DNA of 63,527 nucleotides, counting the filler, from Olpidium bornovanus S191 (taxonomy: Eukaryota; Fungi; Olpidiomycota), in assembly GCA_017911155.1 (NCBI GenBank). It is 34 parts of 34 records of this genome, joined end to end, with 100 filler letters (N's around TTAATTAATTAA, not from the genome) between each part and the next. Parts side by side here need not be neighbours in the genome. Positions count along the whole stretch, not along the records: positions 24,574 to 26,894 come from JAEFCI010012583.1; positions 26,995 to 28,562 come from JAEFCI010001814.1; positions 28,663 to 29,976 come from JAEFCI010004870.1; positions 30,077 to 32,330 come from JAEFCI010010949.1; positions 32,431 to 33,711 come from JAEFCI010001336.1; positions 33,812 to 35,723 come from JAEFCI010012198.1; positions 35,824 to 37,895 come from JAEFCI010011282.1; 27 more parts are not named here. One strand, given 5' to 3'. The notes under the pieces are model-generated. The model did no database searches. It was not told the origin of the DNA and saw only the letters and a program-made list of their open reading frames with translations. The position numbers were made by a program, and so were the translations under genes. Positions 24,574-37,615 of this stretch are shown piece by piece (positions within the stretch are counted from its first letter, which is position 1; each line of letters starts with the position of its first letter).

Positions 24574-24948
24574 CAAGTGCTCGTTATCGTCAATGAGAAC
24601 GGATGCAACGCGACAAGTAAAACCAGCCGCGGAAAAGCGGGCCGCGAAATGGCCGTAAGCAGAGAAGAATTCGACGAATTTGTCCGTCGACATGCCTCGC
24701 TGCTCCGAGATGGAATAATGGTCCCGGAGCCGAACGACCTCATGATGAATTCTTATCTGATATTGGATGAGAAACTCCGGTTTTTGAACTGCCAGGAGGG
24801 CAGCAAGCGGCCGGGACCTTCGATCCTGAAGGTTGGCGCCCGCCGCGCCCTCGCTGACGCCGGATGGGATGAAAAGTCGTTTTACGAACGGGGAGGGGAA
24901 TACGATTGGGCTAATGCGCTCCTTCCGGAAACCAATATGGATTGGTAA
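24574..24948 (+). CDS. RSAD2: Viperin (RSAD2) radical-SAM antiviral enzyme, C-terminal 124 aa
   Basis: QVLVIVNEN...VSREEFDEFVRRH...VPEPNDLMMNSYLILDEKLRFLNC..GSKRPGPSILKVG...AGWDEKSFYERGGEYDW...MDW* aligns with the viperin C-terminus (SYLILDEYMRFLNC..GRKDPSKSILDVG...FDEKMFLKRGGKY.W...LDW). Confidence 0.93.
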   Translation, partial: QVLVIVNENGCNATSKTSRGKAGREMAVSREEFDEFVRRHASLLRDGIMVPEPNDLMMNSYLILDEKLRFLNCQEGSKRPGPSILKVGARRALADAGWDEKSFYERGGEYDWANALLPETNMDW

Positions 24949-25349
24949 ATAGCAGAACGCAAAGATGTTTTTTCCTTTCACTCACGCGAAAATACAAAGG
25001 AGGGGTCTCTTGTCATCCGCGGTTTGACGGCTTGGCTGGGGAAATGGAAGGGGCGGCGTCTTTTGATTTCACGCGGGGAACGCGAGAAATTTTCATTTTG
25101 TTACGGCGGAGAGCCGGAAAAGGCAGACCCGGATCGCGATTTGCTGCACAACCTCTTTCTCGCCCGCCGCGAGGCGCCGCAAGACGCGGCACGTTCCTTG
25201 GCGCGGTTCGTCCCTCCCTTTCCCTCTTCCCCCTCCCTCTTCCCCTTCCCTCGTCCGCAGAGCGACTGTTCTCGGGCAGGACCACCAAAAAGCAGCGGCG
25301 AGAGTTTTCCGGAAGATCTGAAAACAGAAAGTGATACCTTCCGGAAAAA

Positions 25350-25423
25350 TGATCTCTACCAGATTCGAACTGGTGACCGTCTGTGTGTTAAACAGACGTG
25401 ATAACCAACTACACCAAGAGATC
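25350..25423 (-). tRNA. tRNA-Val(AAC)
   Basis: GATCTCT TG GTGT AGTTGGTTA TCAC G TCTGT TTAACAC ACAGA CGGTC ACCAG TTCGAAT CTGGT AGAGATC A: full 74-nt cloverleaf, perfect acceptor, anticodon and T stems, followed directly by TTTTT. Confidence 0.95.
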
Positions 25424-25731
25424 GTTACAGACGGCGACTGCAAAAGCACTTTTGACACCTAAACAGCTTTATGAGTTCGCAAAAATAATACGCTTCCCAT
25501 TTATTTGCGACTTGCGCTTTCTGAATACTTTTCTAAAACGTGTCGCGCAAGTGGACGCACTTCGGAAAGCGGGCGCGGGGGCAAACGCGACGACCGGGGG
25601 ACGACGACAGCGGACCGGAAAAGCAAACGGGGACGTGGTTTATTATTTTTGCGCTCCTGGTGTTGGGCGGGGAATGGGGGCGGACGGCCGGGGCTGGCGT
25701 ACGCAGCGCGGCCCTTCCCCGGACATGGGTG

Positions 25732-25741
25732 GTCACGTGAC
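25732..25741. promoter_or_regulatory. E-box GTCACGTGAC
   Basis: Exact 10-bp palindrome, with variant GTCACATGAC near 25888; target gene not identified. Confidence 0.4.
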
Positions 25742-26441
25742 TGCGCTCCCGGTGGACAAAACCGCGAATTGTGATCCGATCATGCAAACAAATCATCGGG
25801 GAGCACACAAGCGCATTATCCGGCTCTCGGTAGGCGGCGCCAGGACCAGGCGTGCCTGGACGCGATTGGTCCGTGCGGGCCGCCGGAGTCACATGACCAG
25901 CGCCTCGGGCCAGGTCCGCGCGCGTTTTGCCGCAAACCATCGCCGCCAATTACAAGTCGTTAATTGATGAAACCCGCAAGCGTTCAGAGAAAACGAGAAA
26001 TTATCTGAATCTCAATCCACGTTTGTCCGGCCAGAAGCCCCCGGGAGTCCCGGGGTCGCCGCGGAATGAGGAGACACTGCGCAAAGGGTGACCGCGACGC
26101 ACTCCCTCCCCGCGCTGTGCCACTCCCGCGCGCGGAAGGCCTGCGTTACCCGCGGAACGCCCAGACGATAAACCGAGGCAATAGGATCCTAATTCTTTCT
26201 TTGACACCTAGTGTGGTTTCCACGGGCGCGCGACGCGTCCCGTGGGCTTTGGATGAGTGCGGCCGGGCAGGTTGTGCCGCAAGCGACGAGATCAGCGCGG
26301 GCGACCGGCGCGGCTCCCGGCGGATATTCTGTTCCACTGAAACCGCGGGGGGGGGGGGGGGAAAAAAAAAAAAAAAAAAAGGGAAGCGGGCGGGGGGGGG
26401 GGGGGGGGGGTACGCTGGCTTAATCTTTTGTGAGGCCGCAC

Positions 26442-26894
26442 CTTTTGCACGCAGGCCAATACCGAGCGTCCGGGCAGGGCGTCCAACAGCTCGGACCAAC
26501 CCGGGCCGCCTTCGCTTTCGGAGAAGCAGGCGACGAGCGTCTGAATCTCCGCTTCCGTCCATTTTACTTTTCCGCCTTTCTCATTCGCGCGCTCCCCGGC
26601 GTTTGGTACGGGAAACGGTAAAACGTCCTGCGACATTTGGAGATTTCGAAACTAAAACCGCAGACGTCGGGTGTCAATGGTGTCATTTCCAAGCGCCGGC
26701 GGCGATGACAATGGCCGCACCTTCCACTGGCAGGCGCGTGGAGTACGCCCCATCACCCCACTGACGTATGCCCAGTCGGCTTGCAAGGTCAGCCTCCTTG
26801 ACGATTTCAGCAGCGCAATATCATCGGCGCTCCATCTGCTGCAATGCCTCCTCGGCAGAGGATCAGAGTATCGAATACATTTGAGCCGTTCATG
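26442..26894 (-). CDS. Myb/SANT-repeat protein, internal exons
   Basis: RWSADDIALLKSS...ADWAYVSGVMGRTPRACQWK and KVKWTEAEIQTLVACF...GWSELLDALPGRSVLACVQK: two Myb-like W-x-W-R.C repeats, each ending at a GTGCGG donor. Confidence 0.7.
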
Positions 26895-27190
26895 NNNNNN
26901 NNNNNNNNNNNNNNNNNNNNNNNNNNNNNNNNNNNNNNTTAATTAATTAANNNNNNNNNNNNNNNNNNNNNNNNNNNNNNNNNNNNNNNNNNNNGGGGGC
27001 GTCGTATTCTTGCAAACACTCTTGTGGGCGGAGAGAGCGAGTGGAACGGAAAAGAACACAAAGGGGCCCCGCGCGGCGGGGGAACGGGAGACAGAGCGAG
27101 CCGTCCGACTTTGCCCCCAACCCCCCCCCCCCCCCCCGTCCCTCACCCCCGTTTACCCCCCAGCCTCGCAGGGAGGGCCGGAGAGAGCCA

Positions 27191-28562
27191 ATGCCGACTT
27201 CGCCAGCCGCTCGTGGCCGCGCTCCGTCGCAGGCCGTTTTCGGAGACTTGCGGCAAGCCGCCAGCCTAAACGGAAGCTCCGCCGCCACGGGGACTGCCGG
27301 CCACCACGTCCAACTGCTCGGGGACGGCGGGAGCACCGACCCCGCTGCGGCGGCGGCGGCGGCTGCGGCGGCTGCGGCGGACCTACCTGCACTGCTGCGG
27401 GCGTCGCCCGCGCCGGCTGCGACCGACGCCGCCGCCGCCCCCGCCGCCGGAACCGCCGCGTCGCCGCTGCCCGCGGACCGAAACGGGGCGTCTTTTTCGC
27501 AGGCCTCGTCGCGTCCGGAGGCGTTTTCGGACGGCATCACGGTCATCGTGAAGACCATGGACACCCGAAACCACGCCGTCTTCTGCTCGGCGGACGCCAC
27601 CGTCCTTGAGCTGAAGCAGGCCGTCTATCTCGGCGTGAACGTGGAACCCGGGCGGCAGCGCCTTATTCACCTGGGAAGGGCTCTCAAGCCGGACCACGAA
27701 AAAATCTCTCAATTCGGTAAGCTGTGGTTCCGAACACCGTGGGGGGTGTGGGTTGGGGATGGTCGGCTTTTTGCAAAAAAAGGCGCAGGCGTTAGTTTTC
27801 TGCGCGATGTCTGACTTTCTGCCGTTGCTCCCCACGTTCGCCTTCAAAAACACGTTTTGGCGTGCAAAGGCGTGACCGACGGGAAGGTAAGCTTTCCGCT
27901 GGCATATTACGGCAGATTTCCCCTGCGCTATTTCTAACCTGCACATCTTTCTTTTATTAACTCGTTTGCAGGCAATCCATCTCGTAGTTCGCGAAGAGGC
28001 TGATGGCGACCTCTCAGAAGGTTTGAGCTACCGCCGGTCCTTCTTGTTCGCTGGTGCACGCTCGAGGAACGTGGCCTGGTATGCTGACGCATCCCGCTTT
28101 TTGTTCAAGGACGCGCGTCTTCGGAACATCCGTCGGCCGGTTTGGCACACAGCTCCGGCCAGGAAGCGTCGACCAGGTCTCTCTTCAACGCGCCTTTGCA
28201 TATCGGCACGGTACGATGTGACGGTTAATTTTCCCAGCAGTGGACCACGCGCGTTCGACTGAGCGGCTGTGTTTTTCCTTGATCTGTAGGATTTGAGCGA
28301 CGTGTTCCGCTCCATGTCGGCGGGCCCGGCGGTCGTCTCGTCCTTGCCGTCCTCTGCGGCGGGAGGCCTCGCCACCTCCGCGTCAGGGCGCATGCCGACC
28401 AGGCCGCATGATCACTCGACCCTCTATGTTACTGGGAACGGCATGTCCTCGTGTACGCTGCTGCCCAGGAGTCGCGGCAATCAGTTTTTTACCAGAGCGG
28501 TCCCGCTGGCGAGGCTGCACGGCCCGACGACGGAGACGGTGAATGACGAACTTTTGTGCAAC
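27191..28562 (+). CDS. Ubiquitin-like-domain protein (BAG6/Scythe-like), partial
   Basis: ITVIVKTMDTRNHAVFCSADATVLELKQAVYLGVNVEPGRQRLIHLGRALKPDHEKISQF-GVTDGK-AIHLVVRE forms a complete UBL fold over three exons. Confidence 0.75.
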
Positions 28563-28662
28563 NNNNNNNNNNNNNNNNNNNNNNNNNNNNNNNNNNNNNN
28601 NNNNNNTTAATTAATTAANNNNNNNNNNNNNNNNNNNNNNNNNNNNNNNNNNNNNNNNNNNN

Positions 28663-29976
<1,314 letters not shown>

Positions 29977-30076
29977 NNNNNNNNNNNNNNNNNNNNNNNN
30001 NNNNNNNNNNNNNNNNNNNNTTAATTAATTAANNNNNNNNNNNNNNNNNNNNNNNNNNNNNNNNNNNNNNNNNNNN

Positions 30077-31025
30077 CATGTCAATAACCTGAACAAAAGT
30101 TTGTCAGTGACGACTCCTGTTTGCGAAGGGCATATGCGCTCGAAAGCCGACGGCACCTGCTCTGGGAGGCGCAGGTACTTGACCGAACTACCGCGGATGT
30201 AAACCTCCGCGAGTTTCCAGAATGTATCTCCGCCCTTAAGAACGCATAGTTATACATTATGGTTTCGCCATATTAGCAACGACTTGTGGAGTGGTGGATG
30301 AGTGCCACGTAGAAGCGTCGCAAACTGCGCAACCTCCCCCTTCCCCCTCTCGAAAAAAAGCCCTTTCAGAACGACAAAAAGGGGCCGATCTGCACTAACC
30401 GCAGAAGTGTAAATAACCCCGCGGAGCGTAAGATTCATGAAGCTATCGCAGTCAACGAGATGTCCTGTTCGACGTCGCGGGGAATTGGTAATTGCCCTTT
30501 GGGCTTGACAGTTCGCAATAGAGGGAAGGATTCAGGGCAATTTTGCAACCCGCACCGTTGTACGTCTCGCCGTTCTTCAGCTCCACAAGCTGCCGATGGC
30601 AAAAAAAAAGGGAGGCCACGCAGTTCTGGTTTCAGCTTTTCGCGAAATGACAATAATTACCGAAAACGCCCTTTCGCTTCTCGCTTTTATGCACTCACCA
30701 TTGGCTGGCTTTGAGCCGTGTTCAGGATCGCTGACGGCAGCTGTGGACATTCGGCGACAAAGGGCGGCGCGCGAACGAACGCGGACGGGTGAGCGAGGAC
30801 GCTTTAGAGGCGTGCGGCGGTTTGGCCTCCGAAGCCCCGGCCGCCGGTGCAACAGCGGCCTCGTCCGCAAGGGAAGTCCCCCAAACTCGCGCGAGCCGGG
30901 GAGATCCGGAACCCACGCGGGGGCCGGGGGGGTGGCGGAGATTGCTATGGCGGCGGGAAGTGTTCCCACCAGCAGGGAAGTGGGGAGGGGGAGAGCAAAC
31001 CGCGGGCGCGGCAGCTTACCACCAT
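30077..31025 (-). CDS. LSM4: U6 snRNA-associated Sm-like protein LSm4 (3' partial, 6 exons seen)
   Basis: [78 protein letters not shown]. Missed by the ORF track. Confidence 0.94.
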
Positions 31026-31829
31026 GGCTCCGTCGTTCTTCGTCCGTTAAACCTCTGCGCGGGCCCGCCTCCGCCCGCCCCGTGCTCCCTGCTCCGTGCT
31101 GCGTGCTCCGGGTGCGCGCGAGCCGGAGGGGGAAAGGCGGTCCGCGCCTTCACACGGATTTTTTTTTTATTATTGAAAAGCGCATAATGCGCACAACACC
31201 CTCCTCAGTGACGGAGTGAGGCAAACGCGGCGAAATCCGCACGCGAAACCGCCTTCCAAATCTCCGGGGCAATCTGCCGCCAACCTGCTTTGGCACCAGG
31301 CTTCAGCGTCTCGGCGCCGGCTGCGGCTCCGGCTCCGGCTCCGCAGATCGTGAATCCGCAAAAAAGTTCTGCGAAACAGAATCTGCTGCCTCAGGCTCCG
31401 GCTCCGGGGTGTGAGCTCAACGTTACACATGGCACGCAAAAGGCCGACGCTGGCGCCGCCGTTAGCGCCGTCGTTAGCGCCGTCGTTGCGAAACCTGCAA
31501 ATCTGAAAATCTCTGCGAATCCGCGTATCCCGCAAAATCTGCGATCCTGCTGATCTGCGGTCGCCGAAACCGCAGGATGTAGGAGTCGGCGCAACAAAAG
31601 CGGCTCGACACGGATTGGCGCCAACTGCGCGCAGCACGACGAAGGGGAAGGAAAGAAGGGGAACGGCAAAGCAGCACAGGAAGGTCGTCACGAGTGCAGC
31701 ACGACGGAAAAGAGGGAGAGCACGAAATGCCGTTGCGCCCGCTGCAGGGCGAAGAGAAACCAGTGCGGGGAGCTTGTTTTCTCGGTTGAACAGCAAAAAC
31801 GGCCACCCGGGTTCTCTCCCAAAACCCGG

Positions 31830-32190
31830 CTGACGGTCGGGGATTGGCGTCTCCTCGAGGCGGATGATTACAACTTTTTAATGCGGGGAACTGATATCGC
31901 AGTGCGTCGGCCAGCTCGGGCTCGTTGAGAATGTTCCCGTTGAGTGTCCTCGAGAAGACGGCGGTGTAAGGCTGGATTGGGGCCAGAGCCAATCTGCATT
32001 CCTCGGGGTTCGGCGCGGGAAGCATGCGGTGCCGCCTCGAGCCCTTAACCTTCCAGACGGACCGGGACAGAAACAGGCAGCCTGCGGAGCGCCGGGATGC
32101 GTGCCAGGATGTGGTTGGTAAAGAGCCGGACGTTTAATCCGCTCATTTCTTTTGCCTTCGATAGCATCGTGCGTGAGGGAAGCGGGAAAT
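31830..32190 (-). CDS. Possible coding exons of an unidentified protein
   Basis: Protein-like frames TMLSKAKEMSGLNVRLFTNHILARIPALRRLP and LNGNILNEPELADALRYQFPALKSCN, faintly LRR-cap-like; splice structure unresolved. Confidence 0.25.
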
Positions 32191-32901
32191 CTCCCAGAGA
32201 CCCTAGATGCATGCACCACAATGAGGGAACCAGTATAAGCTTAGAGGCCACCTTCGGCCCTTCGGGCCGGCCGTGCGTTAGTAGAGTGTTTAGCTGTCTA
32301 GCTAACACATACGCCTACAATGGCGTCGGANNNNNNNNNNNNNNNNNNNNNNNNNNNNNNNNNNNNNNNNNNNNTTAATTAATTAANNNNNNNNNNNNNN
32401 NNNNNNNNNNNNNNNNNNNNNNNNNNNNNNAAGGGCGTTCTTATGATCCAAAACACGGAAGGCCGGCGTCGCATTTGTAGCAGGTAGTTCTGACCGGTTT
32501 CCGACAAGCCCAGGGTGTGCTTCCTTGCCCCCAACCATCTCTGCTGCCATGGAGTTCCAACGGTCCGCGTCTCCCCATCGTCGTCGTCGTTGTCGCCGTC
32601 CTCCCCCTCCTCCTCCTCGCGGCGCGGTTACGACGCCCCTTGCCGCACGCACCCCGCCTCAGTACGTTGATAACGTCCACATTGACAACCGTGATTGTCT
32701 GATCAGCCAAACTCCATTCTGAATACCTAGCATAAGTTGATCACATCATGCGCTCTTCCCCCCCGCGCCCTCCCCCCTTCCCCCCCCTCCCCCCCGAATA
32801 GGAACCTCGAAAAGACTTAAGTTATTATCAAATTGTCGCGAACACGGCAGACGACGACACCGCAAAAAAAAAATCCCTCTTCGCCCTTTGGGAATTTGCG
32901 C

Positions 32902-33628
32902 CTACGACACGGAGCCCGCAACCGAGTTTTTTGACGTGTCGTCCGGCAGGCTCTCCCTGGGCACCCCGTGTTTCCGCACCGGCGGCGGCCACCGGTTCTT
33001 GCCCCCACCCGGCACCCCCGTTGCCTCCGCACCGCTGGCCAGCTGGTTGGGAATGCTGCCTGAAGTTCTCGGCGACAGCGTCCTGTCGCGTGACGTCTTC
33101 TCCTGCGCGCATGCGGCGAGGGAACGGAGGGAAGGAAGGAGGAAAAAAACAAAATTAGTTTTTCTGGCCTCGGCGGGACAATAAGGGGTGTAGGAGGGGA
33201 AAAGAGGGAGGGAGGGAGGGGCAGCGGAAGGGAGATGGGGAGAGAAGGGACCACCCGACGGTGGTGTTTTCTTACGGACGACCGGCAATAACTGTGTCCG
33301 TGCTCTTATTCTCCCATTCCCCCCCCCTCCCCATCCCCCTCCCCCGTCTTCACACACACACACGCACACACGCGTGCACACACATATCCCGAACGACAAC
33401 GGCAACAATAGCGACAACTTTCGAACACGGTACCATGACGAGGCCGTAGATCGAAGAATTGCTGCCTCTCGTTTGTAGCCCCTTCGAGCTGATGCACGCG
33501 GGTTTCGGTGGGATCTTGAGCTCGCCGAGCGGGTAGTAGTCCAGGGTGTGGAACACGACGTTGGGATTGACGAAGCCTTTCGACTTGAGCGGACGGCGGT
33601 GGTGTTGGACGTCGAGCGTGAAGAATTT
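32902..33628 (-). CDS. Unidentified protein, last two exons
   Basis: Exon from acceptor at 33629 has strongly G/C-ending codons (KFFTLDVQHHRRPLKSKGFVNPNVVFHTLDYYPLGELKIPPKP...GLVM, GTACCG donor), followed by a terminal exon EKTSRDR...GSVS*. Confidence 0.45.
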
Positions 33629-33668
33629 CTGCCGGAAGGCGGAGAAGGGGGGAAAAAGGGAGAAGAGG

Positions 33669-33711
<43 letters not shown>

Positions 33712-33811
33712 NNNNNNNNNNNNNNNNNNNNNNNNNNNNNNNNNNNNNNNNNNNNTTAATTAATTAANNNNNNNNNNNNNNNNNNNNNNNNNNNNNNNNN
33801 NNNNNNNNNNN

Positions 33812-34927
33812 CATGTTGCTTCCCCACGGCTACGACGGCCAAGGGCCGGAACACTCGAGCGCTCGCACGGAGCGTTACCTGCAGCTGTGCGACGAGCACC
33901 CGTATGTTTTCCCGTCGAAGGAAAAGCTTGAACGTCAGCACCAGGACTGCAATATGCAAGTTGTTTGCCCGTCAACCCCCGCAAACTACTTCCACGCGCT
34001 CCGACGCCAGGTTCATCGTGATTTTAGGAAACCGGTAGGGGAGCTGTCGGCTCAGGAGCGTTTCGGTTGGGTACATTTCGGGGTGTGTTTGGAGTTTTCA
34101 CTGATCCTCGCTTATTTCCGCCGCGTTGTCGCCGTGCCACCCAGATGGTGGTCATGACGTCGAAGGCGCTACTCCGCCATCCGCTCGCGCGGTCGACCAT
34201 GGCGGAGATGGAGCCCGGCACGTATTTCCAACGGTATATTTCGGAGAGCCACCCCACGTCGACGGACGAGAAGGCGTACGCTTTGGCGCTGCGTGACCAT
34301 TCGGACATTCGCACGCACATCCTCTGCTCCGGGCAGGTGTACTACGCGCTGGCGCGAGCGCGGTTCGCCAACCGGCTCGACTCCGTGGCCATCTCCCGCA
34401 TCGAGCAGCTTAGCCCGTTTCCGTTCGACCTCGTCGCACAGCACGCGGATCGCTACCCGAACGCCGAGGTCGTGTGGGCTCAGGAGGAGCCGCTGAACAT
34501 GGGCGGATGGACGTACGTCCAGCCGCGCATCGAGACCACTCTCGAGCAAACGCAGCACCACAAAGGTGAGGGGTGCGCGCGCAGGAGTGGGTGGAGGGGA
34601 TTGGGGTTTTTTGGAAAAGCGGTTTTTTTTGGTGTGCCTCGGGGTTTACGCGGGCGGGTGAGGGAACAGGGGCGGGGATGCTGCGGACGTTTTCAGCCAC
34701 GTTTCCGGGAGGGCGTAAGCCGGAAACTCACGGGTGCGTTTTGCGGCTCGTTTTGGGGCCGGCCAGGCAAGCGCGTCAGGTACGCCGGACGCGACCCGTC
34801 GTGCGCAGTCGCCACCGGTAACAAGAAGAAACACCTCGCCGAAGAATACGCATTGATCGGCACGGCGCTCCTCGGCACGCAAGAAGCGCCGTCGAAAGTC
34901 GAGAACGGAACCCCGATATGGAACTGA
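33812..34927 (+). CDS. KGD1: 2-oxoglutarate dehydrogenase E1, C-terminal part
   Basis: [91 protein letters not shown]. Confidence 0.97.
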
Positions 34928-35823
34928 AGCGAGACGATGGAAGGGGCCTTACCCCGTGGACAGCCGTTTCTCGGGAGCACCTCGGGATAAAAGGGGAATT
35001 TTTTGGAGGGGATTTTTTCTTTTATTTTCTTTTTTTTTTCCTGCGGAAAAGCAAGGAGAGGGGGGTTTTTTTTTTGTTGCGGGTAGGATTTCGTCGTTTT
35101 TTTTTTCAGTTCTCTCCTTTCTTTTTTCTCCTTTAGTTTCACACGCGACCTTTAGTTTCACACGCGCCATTGCCAATCTCACCTTCGTTTCGTGTGCCAT
35201 TTAATCTCCGCCGGCTCTCTTTGCCGCCCCGTCGTCCTTCCCACCCCCACTTCCCCTTTCCCACTCCCCCACACCCTGATCCCTGTGTCACGCCCGGCAA
35301 GCAGGCAAGCACGTTTGCAAAAAAAAAAAAGTTCCTGCCCGTTCACGTTCAGCCGCACAAAAAAACAAAAAACTAAAAGCAAAACAAAAATAAAAAAAAT
35401 AAAAACGGAGAAAGATTAAATAAAACAAGAGCGAAATCGCAAAAATAAAAAAAGTTTGGCAGTTCGTACACAAAAAGTCGCCGGCTCCCCCGGCCCACCC
35501 CACCCCCTGTTGTTAGCGGTCGAAAGAGCGCGTTCTTTATTTCCGGGGGGAAGGGGTGCAGGAATCTGCATACTTACAACACTCCCCCTCGCTCGAGGGT
35601 GCCATGACAACGGGAAACTACTTCGGAGAAATGCCGGAACCCCGAGAAATAGAGCTGATCTACACGAGAAACGTGGGTAAAAGCCTGGCAAACTGAACTG
35701 CAACGGGAAGGGGTGCAACGGTANNNNNNNNNNNNNNNNNNNNNNNNNNNNNNNNNNNNNNNNNNNNTTAATTAATTAANNNNNNNNNNNNNNNNNNNNN
35801 NNNNNNNNNNNNNNNNNNNNNNN

Positions 35824-37615
35824 GAGCCGTACGACGTGGTCCAGCGGTTGCCAACCCTCTATCCGCTCCACGACAGTCATCTTCGCTGGTCCCCCACCGC
35901 CAAGACCAAAGGACGAAGGCTGCTGATAAACGATCAGACCCATGAACGGATATGTGGTCGCTGAGAGTGTGGAGCTGACTGCAAACGTGGTGTCAGCATG
36001 TACCAAGCATGTGCTTATCGTGGTTTTCGGCCCTTTATGAAACGAGAATTCAGAGAGAGAAAAAAAGGGATGACCTGTACCTTGCAGCGCTTCGGGCTCC
36101 TTGATATCTGCTGCCCACACCAGGAAGTCATGCTTGTTGCAGAACGCAACGAATTCCGACGATGAAAAAATGGTCCTGCACGCCAAAACACTCAATGAAC
36201 AGAAATTGTGCGTTGTAACCAGATGGGTCGCGAACCAGAGGCAAACCTGTTAAAGGTTTCCGTATCATCATGCTCAGACGATTGCAAGACAACAAGCAAG
36301 AACTTGAGTTCCTGCTTTGCATAGTTGAGCGTCTTCCTCAAAGCAACCGAGAGATAGACCGTCGTTTTGTCAAAAAAAAGCCAACGTATTTTTTGCATTG
36401 GAATCGGCGTTTCCTATCTGGTTTCCCACACCTGTGTGTACCCATCCTCATGAAAGATCGGGTGCGTCGTGCCGTATGTCGACTCGAAATCTCTCCGAAA
36501 CACCTCGGTTGCCTTCAATTCGCGCGGACGCGGCGCGATCTGGCGGCCCTCCCTCCGACCAGATGTCACGCGCAATAGGTACGTCTCGAAGAACGGCACG
36601 AATGACACTGCGATGGTTGATTGTAAATATTCTCCGTGCCTTAGTGCCATCCGCGTTTCCACGACTGCGAGTCGCGCGCAACGCTTACCTGCGAAAAAGA
36701 CTAACCTCCACGCTGTTCGCCAGAGAAAACCGATGGGCCAAATGAAAGAAGAGATAATAGACGGCCGAACCTGCTACAGTCCGCGGACAGGGTGCACCCG
36801 TCAGCGACGCAGGCACAATTTAGCACGGCCGACGGCACAATAGTGTTTCCTCAAGACTGTACTGCATACCACTGGCCTAAGAGATTGGAACGGAGTTAGC
36901 GTTCGGAATGCAACGTTAACCAGATCAATACGATAAGACCCCGCTATCCAAGACATAAGCCTGAAACGAATTTTCCATGCGTGGTGGCAGCTTCATGCAA
37001 AGGCCACAGTGACCAACGCAAGCTCCCTAAGCACCGCAGCAGTTACTCACACGTTGCGATCTGCCACAGCCCGCGACCTCCCGGCATTTGCAGAAAGCTG
37101 CCCAGCAGCTCTCTGAGTTGATGGTCGACCGCTGCGGCGACGGACGTCGTCTTCGGACCCAAAACCCACACCGGACGCCCACGAGGAAGCGCCTCTCGCC
37201 ACAGCACTGTACGACGCGGAGGATGTCGGGCCGCGCCGAGGACCTTGCGGGTGGTCCAGCGCGTCCGCCACGGCGGCCTCCACGCTCCAGGACGCCGCCT
37301 CGAGGAACTGCAGCGCAAGGTCCTCGTCGGCAATCTGTGTCACCGCCTAAGAACCCAGAAAAAAAGGGTAGCCAGGGGGGAAACGGGGACGTCACGAAAG
37401 AGGCGGCGACAGCATTAGCAGGCGCGCAGGACGTGGAGTTGACGGGCCCTTCACACTCTCGTTGCGTTGGCAGCGTCGGCCGTCACCATGAACGTCTCCA
37501 GCGCGTGCTCAGTGTGTCCGTTGTCTCCAGAATCGTCCGGAGCGCCAAGGCCGGCCAAGCCCCCCCCCTCGCCGTCCGTTCCGCCAGCCACGGGCGTGCG
37601 CTCGGTTGACACCAT
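35824..37615 (-). CDS. UBA-UAS-(UBX) protein, FAF2/Ubx2-like (3' partial)
   Basis: UBA-like ALETFM-AVTQIADEDLALQFLEAASWSVEAAV; UAS motifs TLNYAKQELKFLLVVLQSSEHDDTETF, FLVWAADIKEPEALQ, TLSATTYPFMGLI, MTVVERIEG. Confidence 0.8.

Noticed and set aside
33812-34927. Alternative genetic code or selenocysteine read-through
   Set aside because: Reconstructed conserved genes (KGD1, ATG8, MAPK, IFT172, LSM4, ERV29) have no in-frame stops at conserved positions, and no SECIS or tRNA-Sec was seen.
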